The notes under the pieces are model-generated. The model had not been told where the DNA came from, ran no database searches, and saw nothing but the letters and a program-made list of their open reading frames with translations. Below, piece by piece: positions 17,477-26,494 of a stretch of 32,000 bases of DNA; the first letter of the stretch is position 1; the number at the start of each line of letters is the position of its first letter. Origin of the DNA: Aliivibrio fischeri ES114. GTDB taxonomy: Bacteria; Pseudomonadota; Gammaproteobacteria; Enterobacterales; Vibrionaceae. Location: assembly GCF_000011805.1 (NCBI RefSeq), contig NC_006840.2; one strand, given 5' to 3'. The translations under genes and the position numbers were made by a program.

Positions 17477-18922
17477 TTATTTCGTTTCAATATCAGTGTC
17501 AGTTGTCTTTACCTGCTCACTAGTCTCATTTACTGTTGTCTCTATTGCAGCAGGCTCAACTTTAGTCTCAGTGCTTTCTACTGGCACCACTTCAGTATTA
17601 TCGGTGGTAGTTGTTGTCCCTTCTTCTTTCACCGCTTCTTGAGCCTGAACTGTTTCAAGCACTGGAAACGTCTGCTTTTCAACATCAGATGGGGCTTCAT
17701 TAGCTTCTTTATTTACTGTTGCCTTTTCTGCCTCTTCTTTTGCTTTATATGTTGCAATTACGCTGTTTAAGTTATTTATTAAATTATCATTTCGTTCTAA
17801 TTGTTGCGTTAATACTAGAACTTGTTTTTGAACATTTGCTCTTGCATCTGTTTGCTTCTCAATCGTACCGTTTAATGTTTCGATTTCTGAATTTAACTCT
17901 TTAATCTTCTTCTCTAAATCAGCTGTATTATTTATAGCATGCATTTGTTGTACAGCAGATAAGATCTCTGTTGTTTGCATACGTAATGGCTGATCACGGT
18001 AATCATCCCCATTTATTGCTTGTGAAATTGATAACAGTTTATTTTCAAATTCTAAAACCGATTGTTCAAATTGACCATTCTTTACTGCTTTTAATAACTT
18101 AACTTCAGCAGCCATATTTTTTAAGTGATCTAATTGAAAACGAGTTTTAGCAACTACATCGGCAATTAAATCTTGATCTCTATTATTTGCTTGAACTGCT
18201 TTTTTCGTTTTATCCAGTTCTGCTTTTGTTTGTCCATAACTAATAGGTGCAATGGCTTTAAAGCCTTTTTGCGTCAATTGAGAAAATTCTTTTTCTAATG
18301 GCTTAACATGAATTGTTAATGAGGTATCAATCTCAATCACTTTTGCTTTTGTTAGAAACTCAGCTTGTTCAGTTTGAGCTTCAGCAATGTCTTCTTCAAT
18401 TACAGTTACAAACAAAGCTTTATATTGATTGTATAGGCTAGAGAAGTCTTGCGGATAATATTTTGCAACATCTATAGATTGCATATAGTTCATTTGCGCA
18501 ATGGCATCAGACAAAACTGTATCAGCTTTATTCTTATACGTTTTTAATTTATCTAACTGTAAATTAGCACTCTTAATTAATGCGATATATTTTGCGGAGT
18601 AAGAACCTGAAGAGAACATCGAATACTCTTCATTTATTAATGCTGGCTCTTGCTCTACTTCAAGATAAATTTCTTTTGCTTCATTCCATTCATCCATCAT
18701 TAGGCTATATGAATCTTCTGAGTAAATTTTAAACTCAGCGGCTGAATCAAATACGGTTTTATCAAGATTATATTGTTTCTGTAGCGCCTCAAATGTTGAA
18801 ACTACAGGCGTATTTATTTCTGATGTTTGTTCTACTGCTGTTGTCTCTTCGTTTGTACTTTGACAACCAACCACGCTCATCAATGCTGAAGCAACCACTG
18901 CTATTTTGAAATATTGTTTCAT
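17477..18922 (-). CDS. Lipoprotein with a long alpha-helical/coiled-coil body and an acidic Thr/Glu-rich tail; function unknown
   Basis: Lipobox SVVGC. Heptad-like, Lys/Glu/Gln-rich sequence runs throughout. The C-terminal ~80 aa is low-complexity (TTTTDNTEVVPVESTETKVEP...). Confidence 0.7.
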   Translation of the reverse strand: MKQYFKIAVVASALMSVVGCQSTNEETTAVEQTSEINTPVVSTFEALQKQYNLDKTVFDSAAEFKIYSEDSYSLMMDEWNEAKEIYLEVEQEPALINEEYSMFSSGSYSAKYIALIKSANLQLDKLKTYKNKADTVLSDAIAQMNYMQSIDVAKYYPQDFSSLYNQYKALFVTVIEEDIAEAQTEQAEFLTKAKVIEIDTSLTIHVKPLEKEFSQLTQKGFKAIAPISYGQTKAELDKTKKAVQANNRDQDLIADVVAKTRFQLDHLKNMAAEVKLLKAVKNGQFEQSVLEFENKLLSISQAINGDDYRDQPLRMQTTEILSAVQQMHAINNTADLEKKIKELNSEIETLNGTIEKQTDARANVQKQVLVLTQQLERNDNLINNLNSVIATYKAKEEAEKATVNKEANEAPSDVEKQTFPVLETVQAQEAVKEEGTTTTTDNTEVVPVESTETKVEPAAIETTVNETSEQVKTTDTDIETK

Positions 18923-19043
18923 CCTAAATCCACATCTTTATTATTAGACACTTGTCTTATTTATTGGAAGAGCGATATTACTATAACATTTCAATTTAAT
19001 CAGCATTACGTATGTAAAAAAACAAAACATAAAATTCAGGCAT

Positions 19044-19070
19044 AAAAAAGCCGCTCATAGTATGAGCGGC
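19044..19070 (-). terminator. Intrinsic terminator of torR
   Basis: gccgctcata/tatgagcggc stem followed by a T-run on the minus strand. Confidence 0.7.
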
Positions 19071-19101
19071 CAAATCAAAAAATTAACTATATTAATTAAA
19101 A

Positions 19102-19800
19102 TTAGTCACCTGCGAACATGTAACCTTCACCGTGAACAGTAACAAAGATTTGTGGGTTTTTAGGATCCACTTCCATCTTTGCTCTCATACGTCTAATTAA
19201 TACGTCAATTGTTCTATCATTTGGTGCATCAACACGATGGCTGATCATATTTAAAATACGTTCACGTGATAAAACCGTATTAGGGTAAGAAGACAACGCA
19301 ACTAACAATTCATATTCGGCTTTAGTTAATTTAACTGGTTCACCGTTATTTGATAATGCTCTACGTTGAATATCAAATGTCCATTCACCAAAACGAACAA
19401 CGTTAGACTCATCTAACTCAACTGGCTCGTTTGCAAGTGACATACGCCAAAATAGATTTTTAACGCGTACAAGTAATTCACGTAACTCAACTGGTTTCGT
19501 TACGTAATCGTCAGCACCCATCTCTAGGCCAACGATTCGATCAATACTATCTGTACGTCCTGTTACTAAAATAATACCAATATTGGATTGGCTACGTAAT
19601 TCACGCGCCAACAATAAACCGTCCTCTCCTGGTAGGTTTATATCAAGCATAATTAAATCAACTTTTTGTTCAGCTAAAATAGAACGCATTTCTGCACCTG
19701 TTTCAGCCTCGCTCACTTGATATCCCTCGGCTTCAAAGTAGCCTACAAGTTTAGAGCGAGTTACCACTTCGTCTTCAACAACTAAAATGTGATAGCTCAT
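19102..19800 (-). CDS. torR: OmpR-family response regulator TorR
   Basis: The block DLIMLDINLPGEDGLLLARELRSQSNIGIILVTGRTDSIDRIVGLEMGADDYVTKPVELRELLVRVKNLFWR is close to E. coli TorR, and closer to it than to ArcA. The gene is divergent from torD. Confidence 0.8.
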   Translation of the reverse strand: MSYHILVVEDEVVTRSKLVGYFEAEGYQVSEAETGAEMRSILAEQKVDLIMLDINLPGEDGLLLARELRSQSNIGIILVTGRTDSIDRIVGLEMGADDYVTKPVELRELLVRVKNLFWRMSLANEPVELDESNVVRFGEWTFDIQRRALSNNGEPVKLTKAEYELLVALSSYPNTVLSRERILNMISHRVDAPNDRTIDVLIRRMRAKMEVDPKNPQIFVTVHGEGYMFAGD

Positions 19801-20037
19801 AATCTTCTCTTTATTTTTGGTTATTTGGATAGTTCTTATCTTATTCTATTCATAATCTGTAATAATGCCAATTCTCAATTGATATTTCTGTATTTTATTT
19901 GATTCAAAACAATTATTAATAAAAATTGAGCTTTAACCTTTACAAACATCTTTATACACCCTGTTAATGATAGGTGCTATTCCTTTTCATACTTATCCAG
20001 TACAATTTAGGAATAATTTTTTTGGAGCATAAGATAA

Positions 20038-20685
20038 ATGAACGAACTTACTGCGTTTAATGAGCAACGCGCTGAAATATACTGGTGGCTATCTAGCCTA
20101 CTATCAGCAGAATTAACGACAGAACAACTTGAGCAATATGGCAGTTTTGAAGTACGTACTTTTCTATCTAATTTAGCTGAAACACCAGAACTAAGTGATT
20201 CAGTTAATGCATTAATTGAAAAATTAAATGCCGTGCAAGGTCGTGAAGATGCACAACTTGAACTTTCTGCTGATTTTTGTGATGCCTTTTTAGGCTCAGA
20301 TAAAAGTAGTGCGCTGCCGTACGCTTCTATGTATCTTGACAAATCAGGTCTACTAAACGCAAAACCTGCACAAGATATGCGTGAATGGCTTACAAAATAT
20401 AATATTGCACAAAAAGCTGAATTTAATGAGCCAGCTGACCACATTGCCATTGAATTAGATTTTTTAGGTAATTTAATTGTGATGACAAATCAGCAAGTTT
20501 CTGAAGATGAATTTGAAGCTTATATGAGTGCTCAACTAACCTTTATTAATGAGCAACTGTTAAGTTGGACACCTCGATTTAATGAAATTTGCATCGAAAG
20601 AGATAAATTTGGTTTCTATGCAGCAGTAACAGGCTTACTTGTTACATTCCTAAAGCTAGATGTGAAATTTCTTGCTGGCGAATAA
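20038..20685 (+). CDS. torD: TMAO reductase maturation chaperone TorD
   Basis: [40 protein letters not shown] and FGFYAA blocks match E. coli TorD as recalled. A GGAG Shine-Dalgarno precedes the start. Confidence 0.8.
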   Translation: MNELTAFNEQRAEIYWWLSSLLSAELTTEQLEQYGSFEVRTFLSNLAETPELSDSVNALIEKLNAVQGREDAQLELSADFCDAFLGSDKSSALPYASMYLDKSGLLNAKPAQDMREWLTKYNIAQKAEFNEPADHIAIELDFLGNLIVMTNQQVSEDEFEAYMSAQLTFINEQLLSWTPRFNEICIERDKFGFYAAVTGLLVTFLKLDVKFLAGE

Positions 20686-20801
20686 TATAAGATAATTGCT
20701 TTTATTATTTATGTTAAAAAATATGTGATATAAATCAAAAGCAATATCAAAATTTATTAAATCAGTAATTGTTTGCACTATGCTTTAAAGATAAAATGTG
20801 A

Positions 20802-20817
20802 TCGCAAACGATAAAAT
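20802..20817 (+). promoter_or_regulatory. Candidate PurR (PUR box) half-site
   Basis: tCGCAAACGaTaaaaT compared with the consensus ACGCAAACGTTTTCNT. The left half matches 8 of 9 positions and the right half is poor. Confidence 0.25.
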
Positions 20818-20830
20818 TTGTATTGAAATG

Positions 20831-20857
20831 AAAACCGCATTTTACGCGGTTTTTTTC
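20831..20857 (+). terminator. Intrinsic terminator in the torD-purR spacer
   Basis: aaaaccgc/gcggtttt stem with a 7-nt loop and a T-run. It lies 146 nt past the torD stop and 109 nt before the purR ATG. Confidence 0.7.
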
Positions 20858-20965
20858 ATTTTTAACCAGGGCCTATTTATCTTCCATCAGTTCTTCTAGT
20901 TTAGAGCGACACCTTTTTTTGTTGGAAAATAAATAGCCCCTTATTACCTATTATAAGGTTTATAT

Positions 20966-21979
20966 ATGGCTACTATTAAAGATGTGGCGAAGCTGGCAGC
21001 AGTTTCAACAACCACCGTTTCTCACGTGATAAATAAAACACGATTTGTTGCTGAAGCAACACAAAAACGTGTTTGGGAAGCAGTTGAAGAATTAAACTAT
21101 GCTCCAAGTGCGGTAGCACGTAGCTTAAAGTGTAATACGACACGTACTATTGGTATGTTAGTAACACAATCATTTAACCCATTTTTTGCAGAAGTAATGC
21201 ATGGTGTTGAAAACTATTGTTACAAGCAAGGCTACACGCTATTCATGTGTAATACTGAAGGCGACCTAGAAAAACAAAAACACTATTTGAGAATGTTGGC
21301 GGAAAAACGAGTAGATGGCCTACTTGTAATGTGTTCAGATCTAAATGAACAATTACTGACCTTGCTTGAAAAGAACACCGAGCTACCAATGGTTATTATG
21401 GACTGGGGTCCTGATAGCCCGCGTACAGACAAGATCATTGATAATTCAGAAGAAGGTGGTTATTTAGCGACGAAGCATCTTATTGAAAATGGTCACACTC
21501 ATATTGCGTGCATTACAGGTCAAGCTGATAAAGTGACTTGTAAAGAACGTGTTCGTGGCTTTGAAAGAGCTCATATCGATGCAAATTTAACCTTTAACCC
21601 AGAATGGATCTTAGAGGGCGATTTTGAATGTGCTTCTGCATCTAGAGCCGTTGATAAAATTCTCGCTATTGAAGAAAATAAACGCCCTACAGCTTTATTC
21701 TGCTTTAACGATATTATGGCATTGGCTGCCATTAGCAAGATTCAACAATCTGGTTTACGTGTACCTGAAGATATTTCAGTTATCGGTTATGACAACATTG
21801 AATTGTCTGCGTATTTCTCACCACCATTAACAACAATCCATCAACCTAAACGCCGTGTAGGTAAAACAGCAGTTGAAATTTTGTTAGAGCGAATTAAAGA
21901 TAAAGATCATGAAAGACGCGTATTTGAAATGCAACCAGAGGTTGTTACACGTAGTAGTGTTTCAAACCGCCTTAAATAA
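20966..21979 (+). CDS. purR: Purine nucleotide synthesis repressor PurR (LacI family)
   Basis: The N-terminus [30 protein letters not shown]...[11 protein letters not shown] is almost identical to E. coli PurR, and the protein is colinear over its full length. Confidence 0.95.
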   Translation: MATIKDVAKLAAVSTTTVSHVINKTRFVAEATQKRVWEAVEELNYAPSAVARSLKCNTTRTIGMLVTQSFNPFFAEVMHGVENYCYKQGYTLFMCNTEGDLEKQKHYLRMLAEKRVDGLLVMCSDLNEQLLTLLEKNTELPMVIMDWGPDSPRTDKIIDNSEEGGYLATKHLIENGHTHIACITGQADKVTCKERVRGFERAHIDANLTFNPEWILEGDFECASASRAVDKILAIEENKRPTALFCFNDIMALAAISKIQQSGLRVPEDISVIGYDNIELSAYFSPPLTTIHQPKRRVGKTAVEILLERIKDKDHERRVFEMQPEVVTRSSVSNRLK

Positions 21980-22010
21980 TCAATCTAACGCATAATTTGA
22001 GATTCAAAAA

Positions 22011-22041
22011 AAAGCCATACTATTAAAGTGTGGCTTTTTTT
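22011..22041 (+). terminator. Intrinsic terminator of purR
   Basis: aaagccatac/gtgtggcttt stem (one G-U pair) followed by seven T. Confidence 0.7.
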
Positions 22042-22219
22042 ATTATTAAATATTGTTTACCTAATTCTCAATAATAAAAAATACATAAACACAGATTATT
22101 GATCTCTGAATTTTTATAAATATCAACATTTAAATTATTAATTTTGAGAAAAGTTGAACCGACTTAACAAATTTCTGTAAGTATTTTTTGGATCGATATC
22201 ACACTTTTGTATTTTTCCG

Positions 22220-22248
22220 TTCAAACTTTTGTTATTGATTGCTATATC
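22220..22248 (+). promoter_or_regulatory. Candidate promoter feeding the tfoY riboswitch leader
   Basis: TTCAAA (22220-22225), a 17-nt spacer, then TATATC (22243-22248). This places a start site about 7-10 nt before the aptamer 5' end. An attgat-N9-atcaat inverted repeat (22234-22254) overlaps the -10 element. Confidence 0.3.
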
Positions 22249-22257
22249 ATCAATCTT

Positions 22258-22345
22258 GTCACGAACATGGCAAACTACATGAAAATGTAGGACGCAAAGC
22301 TTCCGGCCTAAGTATTTATATAAGGTAGCGGGGTTGCCGACGGCA
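22258..22345 (+). promoter_or_regulatory. Class I c-di-GMP riboswitch aptamer (GEMM-I, Vc2-like)
   Basis: The sequence is cacgaacatGGCAAACtacatGAAAatgtaGGACGCAAAGCtTCCGGCCTAAgtatttatataaGGTAGCGGGGTTgCCGAcGG. It aligns block for block with the V. cholerae Vc2 aptamer as I recall it, including the GAAA tetraloop hairpin. It sits upstream of a TfoY-type gene, as Vc2 does. Confidence 0.88.
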
Positions 22346-22469
22346 AGTGGTCGATTCTATCCCTTGTTAATTTTTACGTTAAAATAACAATACTTAGTTT
22401 TCAACTTGCTACTATTTCCTCGGGCTCAGTTGTTTAGTGACATAGACTTACTAACCGAGAATTATTGCA

Positions 22470-23057
22470 ATGGATAAACCAGTATTAAAAGACTCACTTC
22501 GTCTACTATCTTCACTAGGAAAGATCACTTCTCGCTCTATGTTTGGGGGATTTGGAATCTTCATTGACGACACCATGTTTGCTCTTGTAGTTCAAGATAA
22601 GCTTCATTTAAGAGCAAGTGACGAAACGATTAACTTATTTAAAGAACAAGGCTTTGAACCATACGTTTATAAAAAACGTGGATTTCCAGTTGTGACAAAA
22701 TATTTTGCTATATCTCCTGAATGTTGGGATGAACCAGATTCAATTTTGATTCAAGCCGTTGTTGCTTTAGATGTAGCGAAAAAAGATAAAGAAAAACAAA
22801 AATCAGCAGGTCCTTCTCGTATTAAAGATTTACCTAATTTACGACTTGCAACAGAAAGAATGCTGAAGAAAGCCGGAATTACAACAGTTGAAGAACTGAA
22901 AAATACTGGCTCTGTAAATGCTTATAAAGCGATACAGCAAACGCATTCAAGTTCAGTAAGTGATGAATTATTATGGTCTTTAGAAGGGGCTATAAAAGGA
23001 ATGCACTGGTCTGTAATTTCTGCCGAAACACGTAATGAATTAAGAAAACAACTATAA
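22470..23057 (+). CDS. tfoY: TfoX-family regulator TfoY
   Basis: TfoX N and C domains ([51 protein letters not shown]). The [10 protein letters not shown]-terminus and the GEMM-I leader are characteristic of TfoY rather than TfoX. Confidence 0.85.
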
Positions 23058-23082
23058 TTAATATTGTTTTAGATTCATTTTT

Positions 23083-23121
23083 ATTATGTTGTATTCTATA
23101 GCGCATAGAATACAACATAAT
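23083..23121. terminator. Perfect 17-bp AT-rich hairpin between convergent tfoY and the membrane protein gene
   Basis: attatgttgtattctat-agcgc-atagaatacaacataat. There is no U-tract on either strand, so terminator function is uncertain. Confidence 0.4.
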
Positions 23122-23135
23122 CACTACTATCAGCC

Positions 23136-23873
23136 TTAATCTACAGGCTCTTCATCTACCTGCATCATAAAATCAGTAATCCAACCAATTAATAATATCA
23201 TTAGCCAAGAAACCATAATTGAATTTGGTACTTCAAACTTTGGCGAAATAATTAATGTAGAAAAACCAATAACAGGTAAAAGCCAAGATAGCATAGGTAA
23301 CCAATTTCTATACTTTGAACGTCCTACACTTTGTAAACAAACGATTAAGCCTGTAATTGATAAAGCCACCAAAGCGGCATGTTGTAATCCCCCTATCCAT
23401 AAAGGAATAACAAGAACCAACGGCCACCATGCATTTCTGTTCACTGGTTTCCAACTTCTTGCTGCTATCCATACTAAAGTTACACAAACAATTTGAGCTA
23501 ATGTCGCCCAAGCACTCCCTCCAAGCTTTTCTTCATATTGTAAAGCCATGATCCCAGCTTGCATCGCAATAACAACAGCAGCAATAAATACGATTAAGTG
23601 TATGCTTTTACGGTGTGAAAAGATCACCATTAATAATGGAAACAAAGTCCAAACAGAAATAGATAATGGCATTGGTTGGTATTGGAGCGTAAAACCAAAT
23701 AATGATAAGCCAATTAACAATACCCAAGTAGCAACCCCTCCTTGAGGGATTAACCATAAAATTGGTATCGCCAAAGCTAATAATGGAAGGTCTCCACCAC
23801 TTACTCCAAATGCTAAAACACCAACAATAACTAAAACAAAACTCAAAATAATTGATAACACCGCTAGAAACAT
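23136..23873 (-). CDS. Polytopic inner-membrane protein of unknown function (~8 TM segments)
   Basis: 245-aa, highly hydrophobic ORF with an acidic C-terminal tail (QVDEEPVD). No motif recognised. Confidence 0.6.
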   Translation of the reverse strand: MFLAVLSIILSFVLVIVGVLAFGVSGGDLPLLALAIPILWLIPQGGVATWVLLIGLSLFGFTLQYQPMPLSISVWTLFPLLMVIFSHRKSIHLIVFIAAVVIAMQAGIMALQYEEKLGGSAWATLAQIVCVTLVWIAARSWKPVNRNAWWPLVLVIPLWIGGLQHAALVALSITGLIVCLQSVGRSKYRNWLPMLSWLLPVIGFSTLIISPKFEVPNSIMVSWLMILLIGWITDFMMQVDEEPVD

Positions 23874-23980
23874 CGCTTTCCCTCCATGGTTCAGAGTTGT
23901 TCACTTTGTTACTATTTCAGTGTAGCGTTATTCATCATCTTTATCACTGACCCACTTCACTTTTTATTAAGGCCACATTC

Positions 23981-24283
23981 ATGAATGAATTTACACAAAG
24001 TATTTATATGAACTTAGCGCAGATACCTAAAGGCCGAATCATCAGTTATGGACAATTAGCAAAACTTGCTGGTTACCCTAACCACTCAAGACACGTAGGA
24101 AAAACATTAGCAAAGCTACCAAAAGACACAACTCTACCATGGCATCGGGTTGTCAATTCTCAGGGGAGGATTTCGTTATCTGGTGACAGTTTCTATAAAC
24201 AAAAAGAAAGATTAGAAAAGGAAGGAATTGCTATTTGTGAGAATGGAAAAATAATGAATTTTAAGCAAGTAATAATGCAATAA
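23981..24283 (+). CDS. atl: Alkyltransferase-like protein (ATL; MGMT DNA-binding domain without the catalytic Cys)
   Basis: 100 aa. It has the helix-turn-helix region ISYGQLAKLAGYPNHSRHVG and PWHRV (Trp codon at 24140-24142) in place of the PCHRV of MGMT. It is adjacent to ybaY and tesB, as in E. coli. Confidence 0.8.
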   Translation: MNEFTQSIYMNLAQIPKGRIISYGQLAKLAGYPNHSRHVGKTLAKLPKDTTLPWHRVVNSQGRISLSGDSFYKQKERLEKEGIAICENGKIMNFKQVIMQ

Positions 24284-24351
24284 CTCACATTACTACTTGC
24301 TCTACTTATTCAAATAAGTATCACTTACTCGAATTAAGAATAACCGTTAAA

Positions 24352-24855
24352 TTACTGACGAACGCCTTTCAGTAATAGGTCTTGATTCAGCGTTGTTGCT
24401 TCATCAGTAATTACTGCATAGTTCGTGTCTGTAGTAAAACGTAATTTACCATCAACTTTAATTGTTGCACGTACTGCATAGCGGTGATTAGCTTGAATAT
24501 CTGCAGTATTAAACTCTAAAGAGTAAGCGAATGGAGATGAATTTTCACCTACTTCAAACGTTTGCTCTGTGATAGTTTTCGATGGTGCATCAGCTAAAGA
24601 AACATCCTCTAAAGTAACAGTTACAACCGCATTTGCAGGTAATGCAATACGCTCACGGTAGCCTACTGTACCAGTAACTGCTTGCGTTGCAGCTGCTTCT
24701 ACTGGTGCTACTTCTGTCTCAACAACTTCCACTTGCTCAACCACTTCTTGTTGTGGTGCAGCTGTTGTTTCTTTTTCTGATTTATCAGATGAATTGCAAC
24801 CGACCATTGTTAATCCTGTAACGACTGATAAAGCTACTAGTAATGACTTTTTCAT
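24352..24855 (-). CDS. ybaY: YbaY-family lipoprotein
   Basis: Lipobox TMVGC. The TVTLEDVSLADAPSKTI...SPFAYSLEFNTADIQ...KLRFTTDT blocks match E. coli YbaY. Confidence 0.8.
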   Translation of the reverse strand: MKKSLLVALSVVTGLTMVGCNSSDKSEKETTAAPQQEVVEQVEVVETEVAPVEAAATQAVTGTVGYRERIALPANAVVTVTLEDVSLADAPSKTITEQTFEVGENSSPFAYSLEFNTADIQANHRYAVRATIKVDGKLRFTTDTNYAVITDEATTLNQDLLLKGVRQ

Positions 24856-25087
24856 TTTATTCTCTCTAATTTAATTGCCATTCAAAACCACGCTGAATAT
24901 AGACTGATTATTTATATCTGTCTCTCTATTCTCGATATCTTTGACACAAAACTGACTCAATAAGCTTATTATTACAGTGATTTGATATAAACTTATCTTT
25001 AATTAACATTATATTTAACTTATTGAACTCAATCTGAATATCTTTAAAATAGAGTTATTATTTGAGAGTGATCATACAGGCCAAAAA

Positions 25088-25951
25088 ATGAACCAACCAC
25101 TTAACGAATTACTTAACTTGCTACAGCTAGAGCAATTAGAGCAGGATCTTTTCCGAGGACAAAGCGAACATTTAGGTCTACCACAAGTTTATGGTGGTCA
25201 AGTTATTGGACAAGCACTTTCAGCAGCTCGCTATACGGTTGATAATGATAGAACTGTTCATTCATTTCATAGCTACTTTCTTTACCCTGGTGACCCTGAA
25301 AAAGCTATTATCTATGATGTTGAAAACTTACGAGATGGCCGAAGTTTCAGTACTCGTCGTGTAAAAGCCATTCAAAATGGTCGCCCTATTTTCTATCTAA
25401 CGGCTTCTTATCATGGAGATGAGCCTGGGTTTGAGCATCAATCTCACATGCCTGAAATCGCAGGTCCTGAAAACTTTGCATCAGAAACTCAATTAGCTGA
25501 GGCGATCAAACACGTTTTACCACCAGCGGTACAAAAAATATTCTGTGGTGAAAAACCAATCGAAGTTCGTCCAGTCAACATTGTGAATCCACTTGCTCCG
25601 AAAAAAGCGGCACCAACTCAGCATCTCTGGATTAAAGCAAACGGTGAATTACCTGATAACCAATTAATTCATCAATACTTATTAGCTTATGCATCTGATT
25701 GGGGCTTTTTACCAACGGCTCTTCACCCACATGAAGTGAGCTTATTAACTCCTAACTTCCAAGTGGCTACGATTGATCACTCAATGTGGTTCCACCGTCC
25801 ATTCAAAATGGATGAATGGCTGCTTTATTCAATTGAAAGCACTAATGCAAGTGGCTCTCGTGGACTAGTAAGAGGGGAAATATTCAATCAGAAAGGCCAA
25901 CTTGTTGCTTCTGCTATGCAAGAAGGCGTGATGAGAATGAAGAAAAAATAG
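25088..25951 (+). CDS. tesB: Acyl-CoA thioesterase II
   Basis: [65 protein letters not shown] and QEGVMR, colinear with E. coli TesB. Confidence 0.93.
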   Translation: MNQPLNELLNLLQLEQLEQDLFRGQSEHLGLPQVYGGQVIGQALSAARYTVDNDRTVHSFHSYFLYPGDPEKAIIYDVENLRDGRSFSTRRVKAIQNGRPIFYLTASYHGDEPGFEHQSHMPEIAGPENFASETQLAEAIKHVLPPAVQKIFCGEKPIEVRPVNIVNPLAPKKAAPTQHLWIKANGELPDNQLIHQYLLAYASDWGFLPTALHPHEVSLLTPNFQVATIDHSMWFHRPFKMDEWLLYSIESTNASGSRGLVRGEIFNQKGQLVASAMQEGVMRMKKK

Positions 25952-25971
25952 GCATTCGCATCTTTTCTATT

Positions 25972-25994
25972 GGTCAGGCTATCGTTGCCTGACC
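25972..25994. terminator. Hairpin between convergent tesB and decR
   Basis: ggtcaggc/gcctgacc stem with a 7-nt loop. The T-tracts are weak. Confidence 0.4.
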
Positions 25995-26013
25995 TGCTTA
26001 TTTGAATATCAGA

Positions 26014-26481
26014 TTATAACGGTAATTCAGTCGTGTATTTCAACGGCTCCATAGCAAATGTGCTGGTTACATTTGATATGCCATCAATACTATTAACCAA
26101 CTTCTTATAAAACCCATCAAAAGCTTTCATGTCTTCCGCAAGAACTTTCATCATATAGTCGTACTCTCCTGCCATTCGATAAAATTCCATAACTTCAGGA
26201 AAATCTGACACCGTATCAACAAATCGGTTATACCATTCTTGTGAATGATTCGACGTTTTAATCAAAACAAACGCATTAAAGCTCAAGCCTAACTTTTCAG
26301 GATTAAGTAACGCTACTTTCTTTTCAAGAATGCCTTCTTCTTCAAGTCTCTTTAATCGTTTCCAACACGGTGTTGTGGTCAAATTAACGGCATCAGCTAA
26401 CTCTTGTAATGAGACCGTGCAATCCTTTTGCAATAATGAAAGTAAAGTTGTATCTACCTTATCTAGCTCATGCTTCCCCAT
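26014..26481 (-). CDS. decR: Lrp/AsnC-family transcriptional regulator, YbaO/DecR-like
   Basis: [37 protein letters not shown]...FVLIKT...[11 protein letters not shown]...[13 protein letters not shown] closely follows E. coli YbaO (DecR) as I recall it. Confidence 0.7.
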   Translation of the reverse strand: MGKHELDKVDTTLLSLLQKDCTVSLQELADAVNLTTTPCWKRLKRLEEEGILEKKVALLNPEKLGLSFNAFVLIKTSNHSQEWYNRFVDTVSDFPEVMEFYRMAGEYDYMMKVLAEDMKAFDGFYKKLVNSIDGISNVTSTFAMEPLKYTTELPL

Positions 26482-26494
26482 AAAAACCTCACTG

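Noticed and set aside
19102-19800. Initial reading of the response regulator as ArcA
   Set aside because: The receiver-to-linker block (GRTDSIDRIVGLEMGADDYVTKPVELRELLVRVKNLFWR) and the adjacent torD fit TorR better than ArcA.
19833-19991. Annotating discrete TorR-binding tor boxes
   Set aside because: Only isolated TTCATA-like hexamers are present. No repeated decamer with regular spacing could be defined, so they are mentioned in a finding but not called as features.
22470-23057. Calling the TfoX-family gene tfoX (competence regulator)
   Set aside because: The GEMM-I leader and the MDKPVLKDS-type N-terminus are the hallmarks of the TfoY paralogue.
23308-23904. Three short ORFs (23308-23511, 23548-23745, 23608-23904) overlapping the 245-aa membrane protein gene
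   Set aside because: They are alternative frames of the same hydrophobic gene. The 23136-23873 frame is the longest and has a coherent TM pattern.
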